Below, one piece after another: positions 19,809 through 29,933 of a DNA stretch of 64,000 nt (its first letter is position 1; each line of letters begins with the position of its first letter). The notes beneath the pieces are model-generated. The model worked only from the letters and a program-made list of their open reading frames with translations, ran no database searches and was not told the DNA's origin. Position numbers and translations under genes: made by a program. Where the stretch lies: positions 142,090 to 206,089 of IMG/VR virus record IMGVR_UViG_3300043411_001777; one strand, given 5' to 3'.

Positions 19809-20642
19809 TTAGGTGTTAATTGCACCCAAGGCACTTAGAGCCGCAGAACCAAAGTTACCAGCACCTTGTCCAAGAGAGGCTAGGGCCTGGTTTGCATACC
19901 GGATGGAGCCCTTCTGACCAACGGTCGGGTCGTTACCGGAAGCGATGAACTCACCATAGGCACTTGCGAAATCATGAACATCAGTCATAACAAGCTGACC
20001 AGACTCCATAATCGCTGCGGAATCCTTTGAGAAGGTCACTTCATACGAAGTGAACCAGCAAGCCTCATACAGGGTAACAATGGCACTGTGCCCACGGTTT
20101 GCACCGGGACGGCTCTTACCGTCATTTGTCACTTGAGGGAAGGTTGCGACCTTAATACCACCGTCAAACTGGCCTGGCGTTCCACCTTGGCCGTTGTTGT
20201 AGCCAACGTTTGCACCGTCAAGGTCAAAGTCCGCTAGGGAGCTAAACACGATTTGCTGCTCGATATCGAACGGCCAACGGTGGTGAGCGATAGAACGAAC
20301 AGCACCGTCAACACCCGCGGCATAACCCGTTGCCTGCCAGAGGTTGCACAGATAAAGCATCGCCCGCTCACAACTTCCGGTGTAGTCCGTAACACCGACA
20401 ACCTGCTCAGCGATCTTATCGCCAAACCCGATTCCTCGAATCGTCTCCTGCTGGCGAGACTGCGAAGGGCTGAAGGTGCTCATCGCACCCATTTGATGGA
20501 GAGAGGTGCTATCCCCATAGTGCGGAGTAAGGATCTTCACCTTCTGCGAAATCGCCACGCGAGTTTCCGGAGAAGCGCCTCGATCATAAATTGGGGAAGT
20601 CCCGCCGACTCCGCCCTGTGGGTTCCTATCCTGATTTGGCAT
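19809..20642 (-). CDS. Tail tube protein
   Basis: Follows the sheath; tube-like motifs RGIGFGDKIAEQVVG, WPFDIEQ, YEACWFTSY. Confidence 0.8.
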   Translation of the reverse strand: MPNQDRNPQGGVGGTSPIYDRGASPETRVAISQKVKILTPHYGDSTSLHQMGAMSTFSPSQSRQQETIRGIGFGDKIAEQVVGVTDYTGSCERAMLYLCNLWQATGYAAGVDGAVRSIAHHRWPFDIEQQIVFSSLADFDLDGANVGYNNGQGGTPGQFDGGIKVATFPQVTNDGKSRPGANRGHSAIVTLYEACWFTSYEVTFSKDSAAIMESGQLVMTDVHDFASAYGEFIASGNDPTVGQKGSIRYANQALASLGQGAGNFGSAALSALGAINT

Positions 20643-20736
20643 TTTGAATTCTCCGTTTGTGTTTCAACTACAAAGCCGCTGAAACAGGCTTTTTGAGCTA
20701 ATTCTAGGGGTCCACCCCTCTAATATCTGCCACTCT

Positions 20737-20748
20737 ATAGACTAATTA
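20737..20748 (-). promoter_or_regulatory. Putative late promoter TAAT-N5-TAT upstream of tube gene
   Basis: TAATTAGTCTAT; same pattern precedes several other minus-strand genes. Confidence 0.5.
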
Positions 20749-20750
20749 CA

Positions 20751-20788
20751 TTCTCGGTTCCCGGCTGAATTCAACCGGGAACCGAGAA
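20751..20788. terminator. 14-bp perfect hairpin between sheath and tube (terminator or processing site)
   Basis: TTCTCGGTTCCCGG...CCGGGAACCGAGAA; no strong U tract. Confidence 0.55.
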
Positions 20789-20796
20789 CACCCTTG

Positions 20797-23700
20797 TTAC
20801 AGGCGGCTTCTGATCGCGAGCACGACTCGAACGTATAGGAGGGGGAACACGGGGGCAAAAAATGCAGAAACCACAACCCTTGTTGGATCAACGGGGTCAA
20901 CGGTTGCCTTGATTCCCGTGTATGCCACGATGATTTGAGCCTGCACGAGACCCTTCAATAGGGCCGCGATTTCGCCTTCAATCTGGGGCAGAATTCCGGG
21001 AAGGAACTTGACACCGATGAACCTATCCAAGACCGAACGAATGCGCTTCTGCACATCATCAGCGATGAGCTGAATCTCGGGCAAGGTCTTAAGCTTCTCG
21101 TCCCGATTCTGGTGAGTCGTCCAAGCGTCACGGACCCGAATGAAGGGCGAGCGCTCTTCCAACACAACCATTCCGGACTGTGCGAGATTATTCATCTCGG
21201 GCACTGTTAGCCGACGAGGAAGCCGACTAAACCCACGAAGCCTACGCCCAACCCAAGGTGTTGCTACGTCCACCTGAGGTGCCGTCACCGAACCCACCAG
21301 AGCCGCAGCTACGTAGTAGCCGTCCAAGAAATGCTCACGCTGGGCACCCTGTGCATCCTCCAACACGATTGTCGCAGAATCTGGGTACACCACCCGCATA
21401 CGGGGGTCGTTCAGCGTACGAGCCGAAATCATGGCCCTGTCAGGGGTCATGCCGGCGCTGTAGCCGATAATGGAGGTCCGCTCCGACTCATACCGAGGGG
21501 ACGACATCTTGGCGTTGCTACGCTGTAGCAGCGTGAACAACGTATCGCTGTCTCCACGAAGAGGAGTGATAATGTCAGGGTTGGTATTGCCTGCAAGAGG
21601 CCCTTCCAACTCATCCAATGCCGCACGATACGAGGTAAGCGAAGCTTGCTGCGAGCCCGTCTCACGAGGAACTTGCTTAAGTCCGATGACCACCGCACCG
21701 TTCACGAAGGCCAAGTAAGCCGCCAGCGAAAGCGGGTTGTCCGGAGAAAGAGCACCGAAGGCCCTTTCCACGGCTGCCTGCTTGGAGTAGAACTTCGTCT
21801 TGAAGTCCTCCTTCGTGTAGCTGTAGGACACGTAGTAGAGATCCCCAACCGAAGGCTCGGACCCACCACGCTCATGCGTGGTGACAAGAGCCGTATCTCC
21901 GATAGTGGTATTGGCCGTATTTGCCACCTTCAATTCGACACCACCAAGAGCCCGATGAGGGATATTGGCATTTGTCAAAAATGACGTGGAGACCGTAAAC
22001 CGGAACGTGGCGTTACCGCCCGTTGGGTAAGCCTGCCATGGGCCCGAAGGATTAGCATTGAACCCACGAGGAAGAACCGTAAACGTCAAGCCTGTGACCG
22101 AGTCACGGTAGGTCTGACCAACAATACCATCCTGCCCGGTTCCATTGTTCAGCACCGACTCGTTGATAGAACCCGAACCGTCAGGATTCGAGCTGACCAC
22201 GAAGAACCCGTCAAGAGCAGCCTCGCCAACCGCACCATCCCCATCCTCTGCAAAGAGGCCCGTATTGTAGGAAAGAACGCTGTCCGTGACAACGCTTCCA
22301 ACCGTGGGGTCCTTGATAAGGACGATAGATGCCGCCCCAATTCCGCTAGCCGTCTCACCCAAGCTCTGAATGTGGAGGTACTCATTACCCGCATCGTCTG
22401 CCAAAACATCGGCCAATGCCAAAGTGGCAAAGGTCTCGTTTGGTGAGGCGTTCTCCGCACCGAAGTCGAAAGCCCAAGAGGCAAAAGTCGTGTGCCGATA
22501 CTCGTTCAAGGCCGAAGCCAGCACGCGAGCATCAACCAGAACCCGCTGGCCCGCCGCACCTTCAGTGAAGCCCAACTTGGTGTTTGCCACACCGTTACCG
22601 ATGACCACAGTCCCAGCAACCGTGGACTCGCCACTAACTAGGCGGATTCCAGCACCTTCCTGGACGACATAACCGGCTGCAAAAACTGCCGCCGCGTTTG
22701 CGCCGAAAGGAGAGCCCGCAATCCCTGCCATAGCATCGATGATCTGATCAATCACCGACCCATTGGAGGTTCCAGCGGCCGGGCCCAGAGGAGTTGCCGT
22801 GCCCGTGTCCGTAGACGTAAAGTTTACGGTGACTGCCGTCCCATCCAAGGTGAACTTGAAGGTGTCGTTGGCAGCTTGGGTCCCCGAACCATCATAGAAA
22901 GTGACCAGCGGCTGAGCATTGGAATTCATCCCACCAGCGAAGCCCACCTCTCCTAGGAGAGACGCCTTCTGGACAACAGCGCCAGCACCACCCATACCAA
23001 AGTCATTGACTGTCAAACCAGCCTTGGTGTTGCCCGAACCCGCGCGAACAACCAAAGCCATCTGGTCGAGTGCGTTCTGAGGGTGGATAGAACCACTTCC
23101 AAAAGCGTTCGGGACAATACGGTTACGGAGCATGAGCCGATCATAGGGCTTATTGCTCGTCCCAGACATAGTCTTTTCGTAAGACTTTGCGATGGGACCC
23201 TGGATCAAAATGGTCTGCCCAGCACCGAAGGTTGCTGCTGTGTCCAAACCTGCGAGGACACAGAAATCGACCGCTTCCGAAGCTCCCGTAAGGAACTGGA
23301 GAGCACCCGCGCTATCTACACCCGGAAGACGAACACTGAACTCCAAGCGCCCGTCGGCGTCGGCCACACAGTAAATCTTAAGTCCTGCGAGGGTTACGTC
23401 CCCACCAATTGCTGTTGCAACACTGGTGTCAATTGCGGACTGAACCTGAGCTGCCAACAGCGCCGCAGTTGCGAACGGACCGTTTCCGAGGTCAACAGTG
23501 TCACTGTAGGAGTGACCACTATCTCCCGTAAACTGTAGCTTCAGCTTGTCGTGCTTATTGACGGCCAGCGTAGTAGACCCGTTGAACTTCGTAGCACCCT
23601 TCAACACCGCAAGGGTGTCTGGATTGTAGATGCGATACTCGTCCGCAGAAGTAACAGCACCGCCGTCCCAAGCGGCTACGGTTGCCACTCCAGTGGAGGC

Positions 23701-26421
23701 GACATAATCCGTAACGGTACGAACCTGGCCCGCCGATGCCCGTAGCGCGAGAGCGATACGAATTGCGTTGCTGGAGGTCACCGTTGTTGGGTGTCCAGAC
23801 AAGGTCACAACAGCAAGGGTACCACCGCCATTTGTTGCAGTAACCGTTCCGCCATTAAGGGCTGTGTTGAACAACGCCTGAGCAGCAGCATGGTTAATTG
23901 CCGCCACCAGCGAGGTAGCATCCTGAATATCAGTGCCCGACTGGTCGAAAATTTGGCTCGCAAGGGTAGGAGCCCCAGCCGCTGTAAACACGACACCAGC
24001 AATAGTGATCGTATCTGCAACGCTGACGTTAGCAAGAGTTGCCGTTCCAATATCCGCACCCTCGCCAATTACCACCACCCAATCGTTGTAGTAATCGTCA
24101 ATCCCAGTTCGAACAGCCGCCTCAAGGGTAATGGTCGTCGTGGTTCCACCAGCCGCCGTTCCCTGGTGCCCGTTAGCAGCCTCATTCAAAGCGTCAACGA
24201 ACACACCGATGTCAACACCGTTCTGGGCTTCAACCCGAGCAGTAATCTCGACCCCGTCTACATTGAGGTTGACTTCCTCAGTTGCCGTCAAGGAGTACGA
24301 CTGACCTACCGTCGAACCGGTTCCACCTGTATAGGCAATCTCATCGGAGACGAGAACCGCAGGGAAACCTCCACCGTGAGTCGTGGGGTTGGAGAGATCC
24401 AAACCACCGACACCAGCAAGAAGCTCTTCCGAGTCCACCACAACCCGGAACTTATCCGACTGCCCCTCAATGATTTCGTAGGGGCCAGAACCAGGGAAGG
24501 TGTAACGGGCGGGCGAAGCATCACGCGCCGCAAACTGCACTGTCACAACTTCTGCAACCGGGCCCGTAAAGTCCGCACCCGAGACACCCTCAAAATGCAC
24601 GTCCGGGGTTAGTTCCGAACCACTGGGAAACTCCAACGTCACATTGGTGAGGGAGGAACCCTTCGTTGCCGTCGAGAAAGCAGCTCCGTAAAGCAGCTCC
24701 CCATCACTGTCCGCAATGGTGTACCGACCAGTTCCAGAAGCCCCCACCGCCGTAACAGCTAGGGTGAACTCCCCGTCGCCAAGCTCATTGTAGTAGAAGC
24801 TGGCATAGACGGTTGCGCCGACAGCCACTTCTTCGGCCAGGGTGATTGTGGAACCCTCAACCGAGATAACGTCCACCGGACCGCGCACAAGCGCATCCTG
24901 CACACCAAATCCCCAGTATGCCTTGACAACATCGGGACGGTTTGCAGGCACGTCGATACGATCATTTGCGACCGTCTGGAACAGACTGGAGCCCAATTCC
25001 GTTGCCCGACCATTTCCAAGAGTCGGCGTGAACGGGAGCAAGAATGCTGTCTTGCTCGCCACACTGCGCCCACTGCTAGAGGTGGTGGTTGCCGTGCAAG
25101 GCGTCAAATAGGTGCGGCTATCGATGAGGGTAGCCGTGATTTGCTGGCTGCCAAACTCAACCGAGCTTGTAGAAGCAGACTCATCCGCGTCTACAACAAC
25201 ACCCGTACCCCAAACGATCTTGTCGTCGCGCAGGATGAAATCCGCGCCCTGGATATAGTCACTCGACCCGGGGACTGTACCCACCCGCTCAACAGAGGTA
25301 ATTCCGTAGTTGGCGAGGTAATCAAACGTATCCTGCCACGTGTTGTGGTAATACGTGATCTTGACACTAGCCCCAACAGCCGGGGCGACTGCAAGGGTAA
25401 CCGCACGAGTTGCACCGTCCACGGACTCAACCGTGACCGTGACATTGTCAACCTTAGCCAAAACCTTCGTGGGGTCCGTAGTGGTCAGACCGCCATTAGA
25501 ACCATCAACGATAGGACCGTTGAACGTGTAGAATGTCCGACGACGAGTATCCCCCTGCCCGAAGGCGAACCCAAGGAGTGCATTAGCACTTCCGGAACCC
25601 ACCGACAAGCTCTGGTCTGCCTGCAAAAGCAAAGCTGACTTACCGAAGTTGTTGACAAAAGTGGAAGCCTCTAGTGTTCCAGCAGAGGCACTCGACAACA
25701 CCAGGGCAACCTCCGCCATCGTGTAATCAGCACGCTCGGGGATTTCAATGTCAAACTCAACCCCGTCAACAGTGATCGTAAAGACGTTGTTGTTTTCCAC
25801 AACAACGTTGTCATCCACGTCAAGCTGGTCGGCGTAAAAGTCTAAAGTCTCCGTGCCAGAAACGTCTTCGTCGGAAATGCCGCTCTGAGCCCGAACCTTT
25901 GCATTCTCAGGCGAGACCTGAGCAGAGACATCATCCGTCTGGAGAGTGTCTTTGCGGTTGAAGAAGTAGGTGCACCGCACCAAATCCGTCGATAGGATCG
26001 CCTGGGCCAACTCAACAACACCCGTCGCACCAGCAACGGAGCGAACGATAACCGGGTCGCCATTGACGGTGACCTTAACATTCTCCGCCGCATTCGTGGT
26101 AACCCCACGACCATTCCCCGTCACGATTGGGAAATTCGTTACCCGGAATTTGGTAGCTGTGCCATTCCAATTCCCAAGCGTCAACTGACCGGTCCCAGCA
26201 GCAACCGCAAGAACCGCGTGCCCAGTCTGGTCCTCACCCACAACCTGTTGGTCGACAGAGGAAGAAGACCCGCGAACGACTTCAAGGTCACGCTGGCTCA
26301 GCGTCTCCGAGCCCTCACCGATAAAAACAGGCAACTTGAGCGCATCGAGGGCACCGCTAATCGGGTTCTCGAAATTGGTCTCAGTCTTTACACCTGGGGA
26401 TTCGTACACTTCATTCGCCAT
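20797..26421 (-). CDS. Contractile tail sheath protein, giant (1874 aa) with many inserted domains
   Basis: N-terminal YESPGVKTE; sheath C-terminus RMRVVYP...YVAAALVG...EMNNLAQSG...IRVRDAWTT...DRFIG...FFAPVFPLLYV. Confidence 0.9.
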   Translation of the reverse strand: MANEVYESPGVKTETNFENPISGALDALKLPVFIGEGSETLSQRDLEVVRGSSSSVDQQVVGEDQTGHAVLAVAAGTGQLTLGNWNGTATKFRVTNFPIVTGNGRGVTTNAAENVKVTVNGDPVIVRSVAGATGVVELAQAILSTDLVRCTYFFNRKDTLQTDDVSAQVSPENAKVRAQSGISDEDVSGTETLDFYADQLDVDDNVVVENNNVFTITVDGVEFDIEIPERADYTMAEVALVLSSASAGTLEASTFVNNFGKSALLLQADQSLSVGSGSANALLGFAFGQGDTRRRTFYTFNGPIVDGSNGGLTTTDPTKVLAKVDNVTVTVESVDGATRAVTLAVAPAVGASVKITYYHNTWQDTFDYLANYGITSVERVGTVPGSSDYIQGADFILRDDKIVWGTGVVVDADESASTSSVEFGSQQITATLIDSRTYLTPCTATTTSSSGRSVASKTAFLLPFTPTLGNGRATELGSSLFQTVANDRIDVPANRPDVVKAYWGFGVQDALVRGPVDVISVEGSTITLAEEVAVGATVYASFYYNELGDGEFTLAVTAVGASGTGRYTIADSDGELLYGAAFSTATKGSSLTNVTLEFPSGSELTPDVHFEGVSGADFTGPVAEVVTVQFAARDASPARYTFPGSGPYEIIEGQSDKFRVVVDSEELLAGVGGLDLSNPTTHGGGFPAVLVSDEIAYTGGTGSTVGQSYSLTATEEVNLNVDGVEITARVEAQNGVDIGVFVDALNEAANGHQGTAAGGTTTTITLEAAVRTGIDDYYNDWVVVIGEGADIGTATLANVSVADTITIAGVVFTAAGAPTLASQIFDQSGTDIQDATSLVAAINHAAAQALFNTALNGGTVTATNGGGTLAVVTLSGHPTTVTSSNAIRIALALRASAGQVRTVTDYVASTGVATVAAWDGGAVTSADEYRIYNPDTLAVLKGATKFNGSTTLAVNKHDKLKLQFTGDSGHSYSDTVDLGNGPFATAALLAAQVQSAIDTSVATAIGGDVTLAGLKIYCVADADGRLEFSVRLPGVDSAGALQFLTGASEAVDFCVLAGLDTAATFGAGQTILIQGPIAKSYEKTMSGTSNKPYDRLMLRNRIVPNAFGSGSIHPQNALDQMALVVRAGSGNTKAGLTVNDFGMGGAGAVVQKASLLGEVGFAGGMNSNAQPLVTFYDGSGTQAANDTFKFTLDGTAVTVNFTSTDTGTATPLGPAAGTSNGSVIDQIIDAMAGIAGSPFGANAAAVFAAGYVVQEGAGIRLVSGESTVAGTVVIGNGVANTKLGFTEGAAGQRVLVDARVLASALNEYRHTTFASWAFDFGAENASPNETFATLALADVLADDAGNEYLHIQSLGETASGIGAASIVLIKDPTVGSVVTDSVLSYNTGLFAEDGDGAVGEAALDGFFVVSSNPDGSGSINESVLNNGTGQDGIVGQTYRDSVTGLTFTVLPRGFNANPSGPWQAYPTGGNATFRFTVSTSFLTNANIPHRALGGVELKVANTANTTIGDTALVTTHERGGSEPSVGDLYYVSYSYTKEDFKTKFYSKQAAVERAFGALSPDNPLSLAAYLAFVNGAVVIGLKQVPRETGSQQASLTSYRAALDELEGPLAGNTNPDIITPLRGDSDTLFTLLQRSNAKMSSPRYESERTSIIGYSAGMTPDRAMISARTLNDPRMRVVYPDSATIVLEDAQGAQREHFLDGYYVAAALVGSVTAPQVDVATPWVGRRLRGFSRLPRRLTVPEMNNLAQSGMVVLEERSPFIRVRDAWTTHQNRDEKLKTLPEIQLIADDVQKRIRSVLDRFIGVKFLPGILPQIEGEIAALLKGLVQAQIIVAYTGIKATVDPVDPTRVVVSAFFAPVFPLLYVRVVLAIRSRL

Positions 26422-26442
26422 GATCCCACCTCTGAAGGAAAC

Positions 26443-26865
26443 TTAGGGCTCTCTACGTTTTATCTGACTCATAGCCAGAGAATTGACACGATCCTTAATA
26501 GGCATTTCATGCGACTGCATAATCCGATAGGAACCGTCCGCTGATTTAGCTAAATCCTCTTTTGTCTTTCCTGGGTTTCCACGCAGAATACGTTGCTTCT
26601 CCACGTTCCTCTTTTCGATGGTTTCCCATCCCTGTTCACTAGAACGACCAATAACACGATCAATGTGTGTGTCTAAATCGTGTATCCCGGTGTTCTGAGG
26701 GCCTGCCCCTTTAACCGCTTGGTTAAACACCCCTGAAATCGTATCCGGCATAAGAGGTTCCAGGACGGTTTTACAGCTTGGGCAGGGCTTACTGCGTGCT
26801 GAGATAGGAGCAGCCTTTTCCCACTTAACTCCACATGCTTCACATTTGTAATTGTAGACTGGCAT
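26443..26865 (-). CDS. FmdB-family zinc-ribbon protein
   Basis: MPVYNYKCEACG...CPSC. Confidence 0.75.
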   Translation of the reverse strand: MPVYNYKCEACGVKWEKAAPISARSKPCPSCKTVLEPLMPDTISGVFNQAVKGAGPQNTGIHDLDTHIDRVIGRSSEQGWETIEKRNVEKQRILRGNPGKTKEDLAKSADGSYRIMQSHEMPIKDRVNSLAMSQIKRREP

Positions 26866-26873
26866 TTCGCACC

Positions 26874-28076
26874 TTACCGGAGCATTTCAAAGGTTCCGGT
26901 CCGCCCAGACCAGAATGGATCTTCCCACGTCTCTAGCCCCAATGCTTCTAAAGCCTGAAGACGGCCTTCTGAATAAGCATATGCAGCAAGCTGGTCGTCA
27001 TTCAGACCTGCAATCTGAGCCATTTCTAGCGCAGTATGCCACCCAGCAGAACGGATGTATTTGTCTAGAGGGACGTGGAGGGACCAATGTGCCTCTACAC
27101 TAACTGACACCGCCGACACGTAAAGATAGTCGTCTCCAGCCTCATCGTACACTTCTTCAGACTCACCAGAGAACTGCACGTCTATAATGTTGAGACCTTG
27201 TGCTGCCAATTCAGACCGGCGCACTGCCCACAAGTACATCGTGGTTTCATCGGCTAGTACGGACCTATCATGTAAGTCCGTGGACGTGATATCCAGATCC
27301 AAATTGATCTGCCACAACCCACCAAACTCCAAAGCCGTTGGTTGTCGGACAGAAGACACCACAACAGCGGCTTGATCTCCTACCTCAATCTTTCTGCCAA
27401 AAGCCAGCACCACACCCGGCAATGCTTGATTATTGGCATTCATGGGGTAAAGCTTGATCGGGTCCGTCGTCCCAGCGAAATACCGGTAATCGGCTTCCAA
27501 ATATCGATTCGCAGGTAATGCCTCGGCAAGGGTAACCCTCCCAGTTGGCTTACCTTGCCCATCCTTCTCGATAGTGTAGTTCACTCCTTCGTAGAGGAGA
27601 AACCGCGCCGGCATCTCATACAGCCGCAATGAGCCCGCATGAGGAGCCTGGGCAAGCTGAACTTCCAGTACATCAGGAATCAAAGGTTCCGCGTATACGT
27701 CATAGAATTTGTCTATCACGTACTCATCATCACTGATTACCTCAATGTAATAGGCGCCTGGAGGTGTGGGGAAAGCACCGTCATTGTTTTGGATGGCTCT
27801 AGCGTCTTCGCGAACCCATTCCAAAAAAACACCCGGCTTGTTCCGTATCTTAGTGGCCTGGCAATAGGAGTAGATGACCCCAAGGTAATTGTCCGCACTC
27901 AGATCAACCCGTGATCCACCAGACACACGGACGATAATTGAAGACTGTGGCCGCGTATCAAACCGATAGGAGCCAGAAATGACCAAACGATCCCTGAAAT
28001 TGGGATCATGAGACCAATAGCGCCTCAACTCTTCGATTATGCGCCTTTTTACGGCCTCTGTTAGCTGGAAGTACAA
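26874..28076 (-). CDS. Putative tail terminator/neck protein with inserted Ig-like domain
   Basis: Upstream of the sheath; C-terminal INLDLDI...GESEEVYDE...VSVEAHW; TTG start. Confidence 0.55.
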   Translation of the reverse strand: MYFQLTEAVKRRIIEELRRYWSHDPNFRDRLVISGSYRFDTRPQSSIIVRVSGGSRVDLSADNYLGVIYSYCQATKIRNKPGVFLEWVREDARAIQNNDGAFPTPPGAYYIEVISDDEYVIDKFYDVYAEPLIPDVLEVQLAQAPHAGSLRLYEMPARFLLYEGVNYTIEKDGQGKPTGRVTLAEALPANRYLEADYRYFAGTTDPIKLYPMNANNQALPGVVLAFGRKIEVGDQAAVVVSSVRQPTALEFGGLWQINLDLDITSTDLHDRSVLADETTMYLWAVRRSELAAQGLNIIDVQFSGESEEVYDEAGDDYLYVSAVSVSVEAHWSLHVPLDKYIRSAGWHTALEMAQIAGLNDDQLAAYAYSEGRLQALEALGLETWEDPFWSGRTGTFEMLR

Positions 28077-28117
28077 ATCGAGTTATCCCTCTCCCTTCCA
28101 AGGGGATAACTCGATTA
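28076..28117 (-). promoter_or_regulatory. Hairpin containing a late-promoter motif and covering the RBS-to-start region of 26874..28076
   Basis: 14-bp stem AATCGAGTTATCCC/GGGATAACTCGATT; 5' arm contains TAATCGAGTTAT, 3' arm reaches the TTG start. Confidence 0.6.
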
Positions 28118-28118
28118 T

Positions 28119-28280
28119 TCAAGAGGCCTTGCTCTTCCGCTTCTTAGGCTCTTGAGCGGGCTCCCCCACCACTTCGGGTGCTGGCTGTGTCTTAGGGCGT
28201 AGAGGTGCCCCCTTAACGTCTTCGGCTGCCACAACAGGCCGGGTCAACTGATCTGCCTTACGATGCTTACGAACTTTCAT
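28119..28280 (-). CDS. Small basic hypothetical protein (53 aa, MKVRKHRKADQL...KKRKSKAS)
   Basis: Translated by hand; ATGA overlap with the upstream stop; fills the gap. Confidence 0.6.
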   Translation of the reverse strand: MKVRKHRKADQLTRPVVAAEDVKGAPLRPKTQPAPEVVGEPAQEPKKRKSKAS

Positions 28281-28909
28281 TTCCTGAGCCCCTTTTTAAC
28301 GGACGCGTGTATCTGAGCTATCAGCTCATTCCTTACTAACTGAAATATACGCTGTTTAGCTTTGGCAATCGCTCGTGGCAGAAAGGTGAACTTAGCGATC
28401 CCCGGGTGAATCCAGGCATCCGACATCTTCATCGGCGCTGAGCGAAAAATGATTTGACCATTCCGACCCTTAAGTGGGACGATCAAAGGCAGGCGATTAC
28501 CCCGCCCAATACGCCCCCGTCTTCGTTCGGAGGGTGTTATCCGATAACGTTCAGGGTGCTGCTTCTTAGCCTCTTGTGTGAGCCAAGGCATTTTCCTGGA
28601 AGGAATGTTGCTTTTCGTCAACTGTACAATCCCCCAGAAATTGGATTTGATGGTGACCGTCCGCTCTCCAGTAATCTCATACCAGAATGCCTTATTCAAA
28701 GCGAGAGGGCGCTTTATCGGCTTTGTGGGGTCAGCGCCTTCCCGAGGCGCACGCTTTAGTGACCACCCGCGTTTAGCGAAGTCAGCTTTGATCTCCGCAA
28801 TCAGAGTGCTAATCAACACCTTGCCTATACGGTGTAACAGCTCATCCCCAAGGTCAATGTCTAACTTACCTGACCACTGGCCCGCATAAACCGAGCGGAG
28901 GGTGCTCAC
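28277..28909 (-). CDS. Tail completion/neck protein (HK97 gp10-like), basic
   Basis: C-terminal WIHPGIAKFTFLPRAI resembles gp10-type proteins; start moved to GTG 28909 (GTGA overlap). Confidence 0.55.
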   Translation of the reverse strand: MSTLRSVYAGQWSGKLDIDLGDELLHRIGKVLISTLIAEIKADFAKRGWSLKRAPREGADPTKPIKRPLALNKAFWYEITGERTVTIKSNFWGIVQLTKSNIPSRKMPWLTQEAKKQHPERYRITPSERRRGRIGRGNRLPLIVPLKGRNGQIIFRSAPMKMSDAWIHPGIAKFTFLPRAIAKAKQRIFQLVRNELIAQIHASVKKGLRK

Positions 28910-29187
28910 CCATGGTCCTTCTGCCACGTTGGCATAGCTTTTTTGGTGATCTGCATGCAATATGCAGAGTTGTACTTGCCATGGATCTTTTGCACCATCT
29001 CAAACAAAGCCTCACCCGGAGAATCACCCTCTCCTGAAAAGGAGCTATGGGTTCCATGCGTGCCGAAAGCGGCAAACCACCGCCCATTCTTAAACTCAAA
29101 CGTGGTCCCGCCCAAAATGCTAGTATCGTAAGGAACCCCAGCTCGTCGGGCCATAAAGGCATTTGCCACTTTTACTGCCATTTTCAT
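28906..29187 (-). CDS. Hypothetical protein with N-terminal KVA tag
   Basis: MKMAVKVANAFMARRAG; coupled at both ends. Confidence 0.65.
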   Translation of the reverse strand: MKMAVKVANAFMARRAGVPYDTSILGGTTFEFKNGRWFAAFGTHGTHSSFSGEGDSPGEALFEMVQKIHGKYNSAYCMQITKKAMPTWQKDHG

Positions 29188-29933
29188 AGCCCCCCCAGAT
29201 CATATTGATGATAGGCACTTCTCAGACGAGAAATATCCTGAGGGGGCAAATCCCCTCCCTTTTTAATGGTCGCCGCACTCGCTTCTATGAAGGTCAGCAA
29301 AGCCCTATCATTTTTGGCCCTAGCAGCACGCCAAAGCTCGCGCAAACCTTCCAAAAAGTTCGGCACGTTGTCGATCTTAGTTGAAGGCTTAGGAGCTGGC
29401 TTCTGTGCCCGTGCAACTAACGTCTCAAGCAATTGAACTTGCTTGAGAGTCAAAATCCCACCCCCCGTAAGCTTCTGGTGGAAATCACATAGAATTGGCT
29501 CATTCTGCCAATCTGCACGGCTTTCGATACGCTTCTTCAAGTCCGAAATGTAGCGGTCCTGGTCCTCAATCAAGGCCAAAGCATCGTAAAAGCCGGCCGA
29601 CTTGGTGTAGGCTTCCTGCATTCGATCGAAACCATCCCGCCACGTCTTCTTCCAGTTGATGGTGCGCTTGAAATGCCCCTGGCCCTGGGCCTTTCTGTTG
29701 AGGGTCCGCTTGGTCGCCGTACTGACCAAAGCCAGCTTCATAGAAGCATCCCCTCGACCCATGGCGTCATCCTTTGACCCAATGGTACTGGACAGCGCCA
29801 CCGCTACATCCGGGGCTATAGGAAGCCAGTAAACACCCGTGGTTCCCGGCTTCATTTTGACAGGCCCCTTGAGGGGGAGTGTCTTAATCCATAGCTCCAA
29901 CTCTTCTCTGGTGATTTGAACGTAAGTGCTCAT
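29184..29933 (-). CDS. Hypothetical protein
   Basis: 249 aa, ATGA overlaps on both sides. Confidence 0.7.
   Translation of the reverse strand: MSTYVQITREELELWIKTLPLKGPVKMKPGTTGVYWLPIAPDVAVALSSTIGSKDDAMGRGDASMKLALVSTATKRTLNRKAQGQGHFKRTINWKKTWRDGFDRMQEAYTKSAGFYDALALIEDQDRYISDLKKRIESRADWQNEPILCDFHQKLTGGGILTLKQVQLLETLVARAQKPAPKPSTKIDNVPNFLEGLRELWRAARAKNDRALLTFIEASAATIKKGGDLPPQDISRLRSAYHQYDLGGL

Noticed and set aside
1-26421. Bacterial contractile injection system (eCIS, T6SS, tailocin)
   Set aside because: Neck proteins, ThyX, helicases and dense phage-type small ORFs with no host housekeeping genes point to a phage genome
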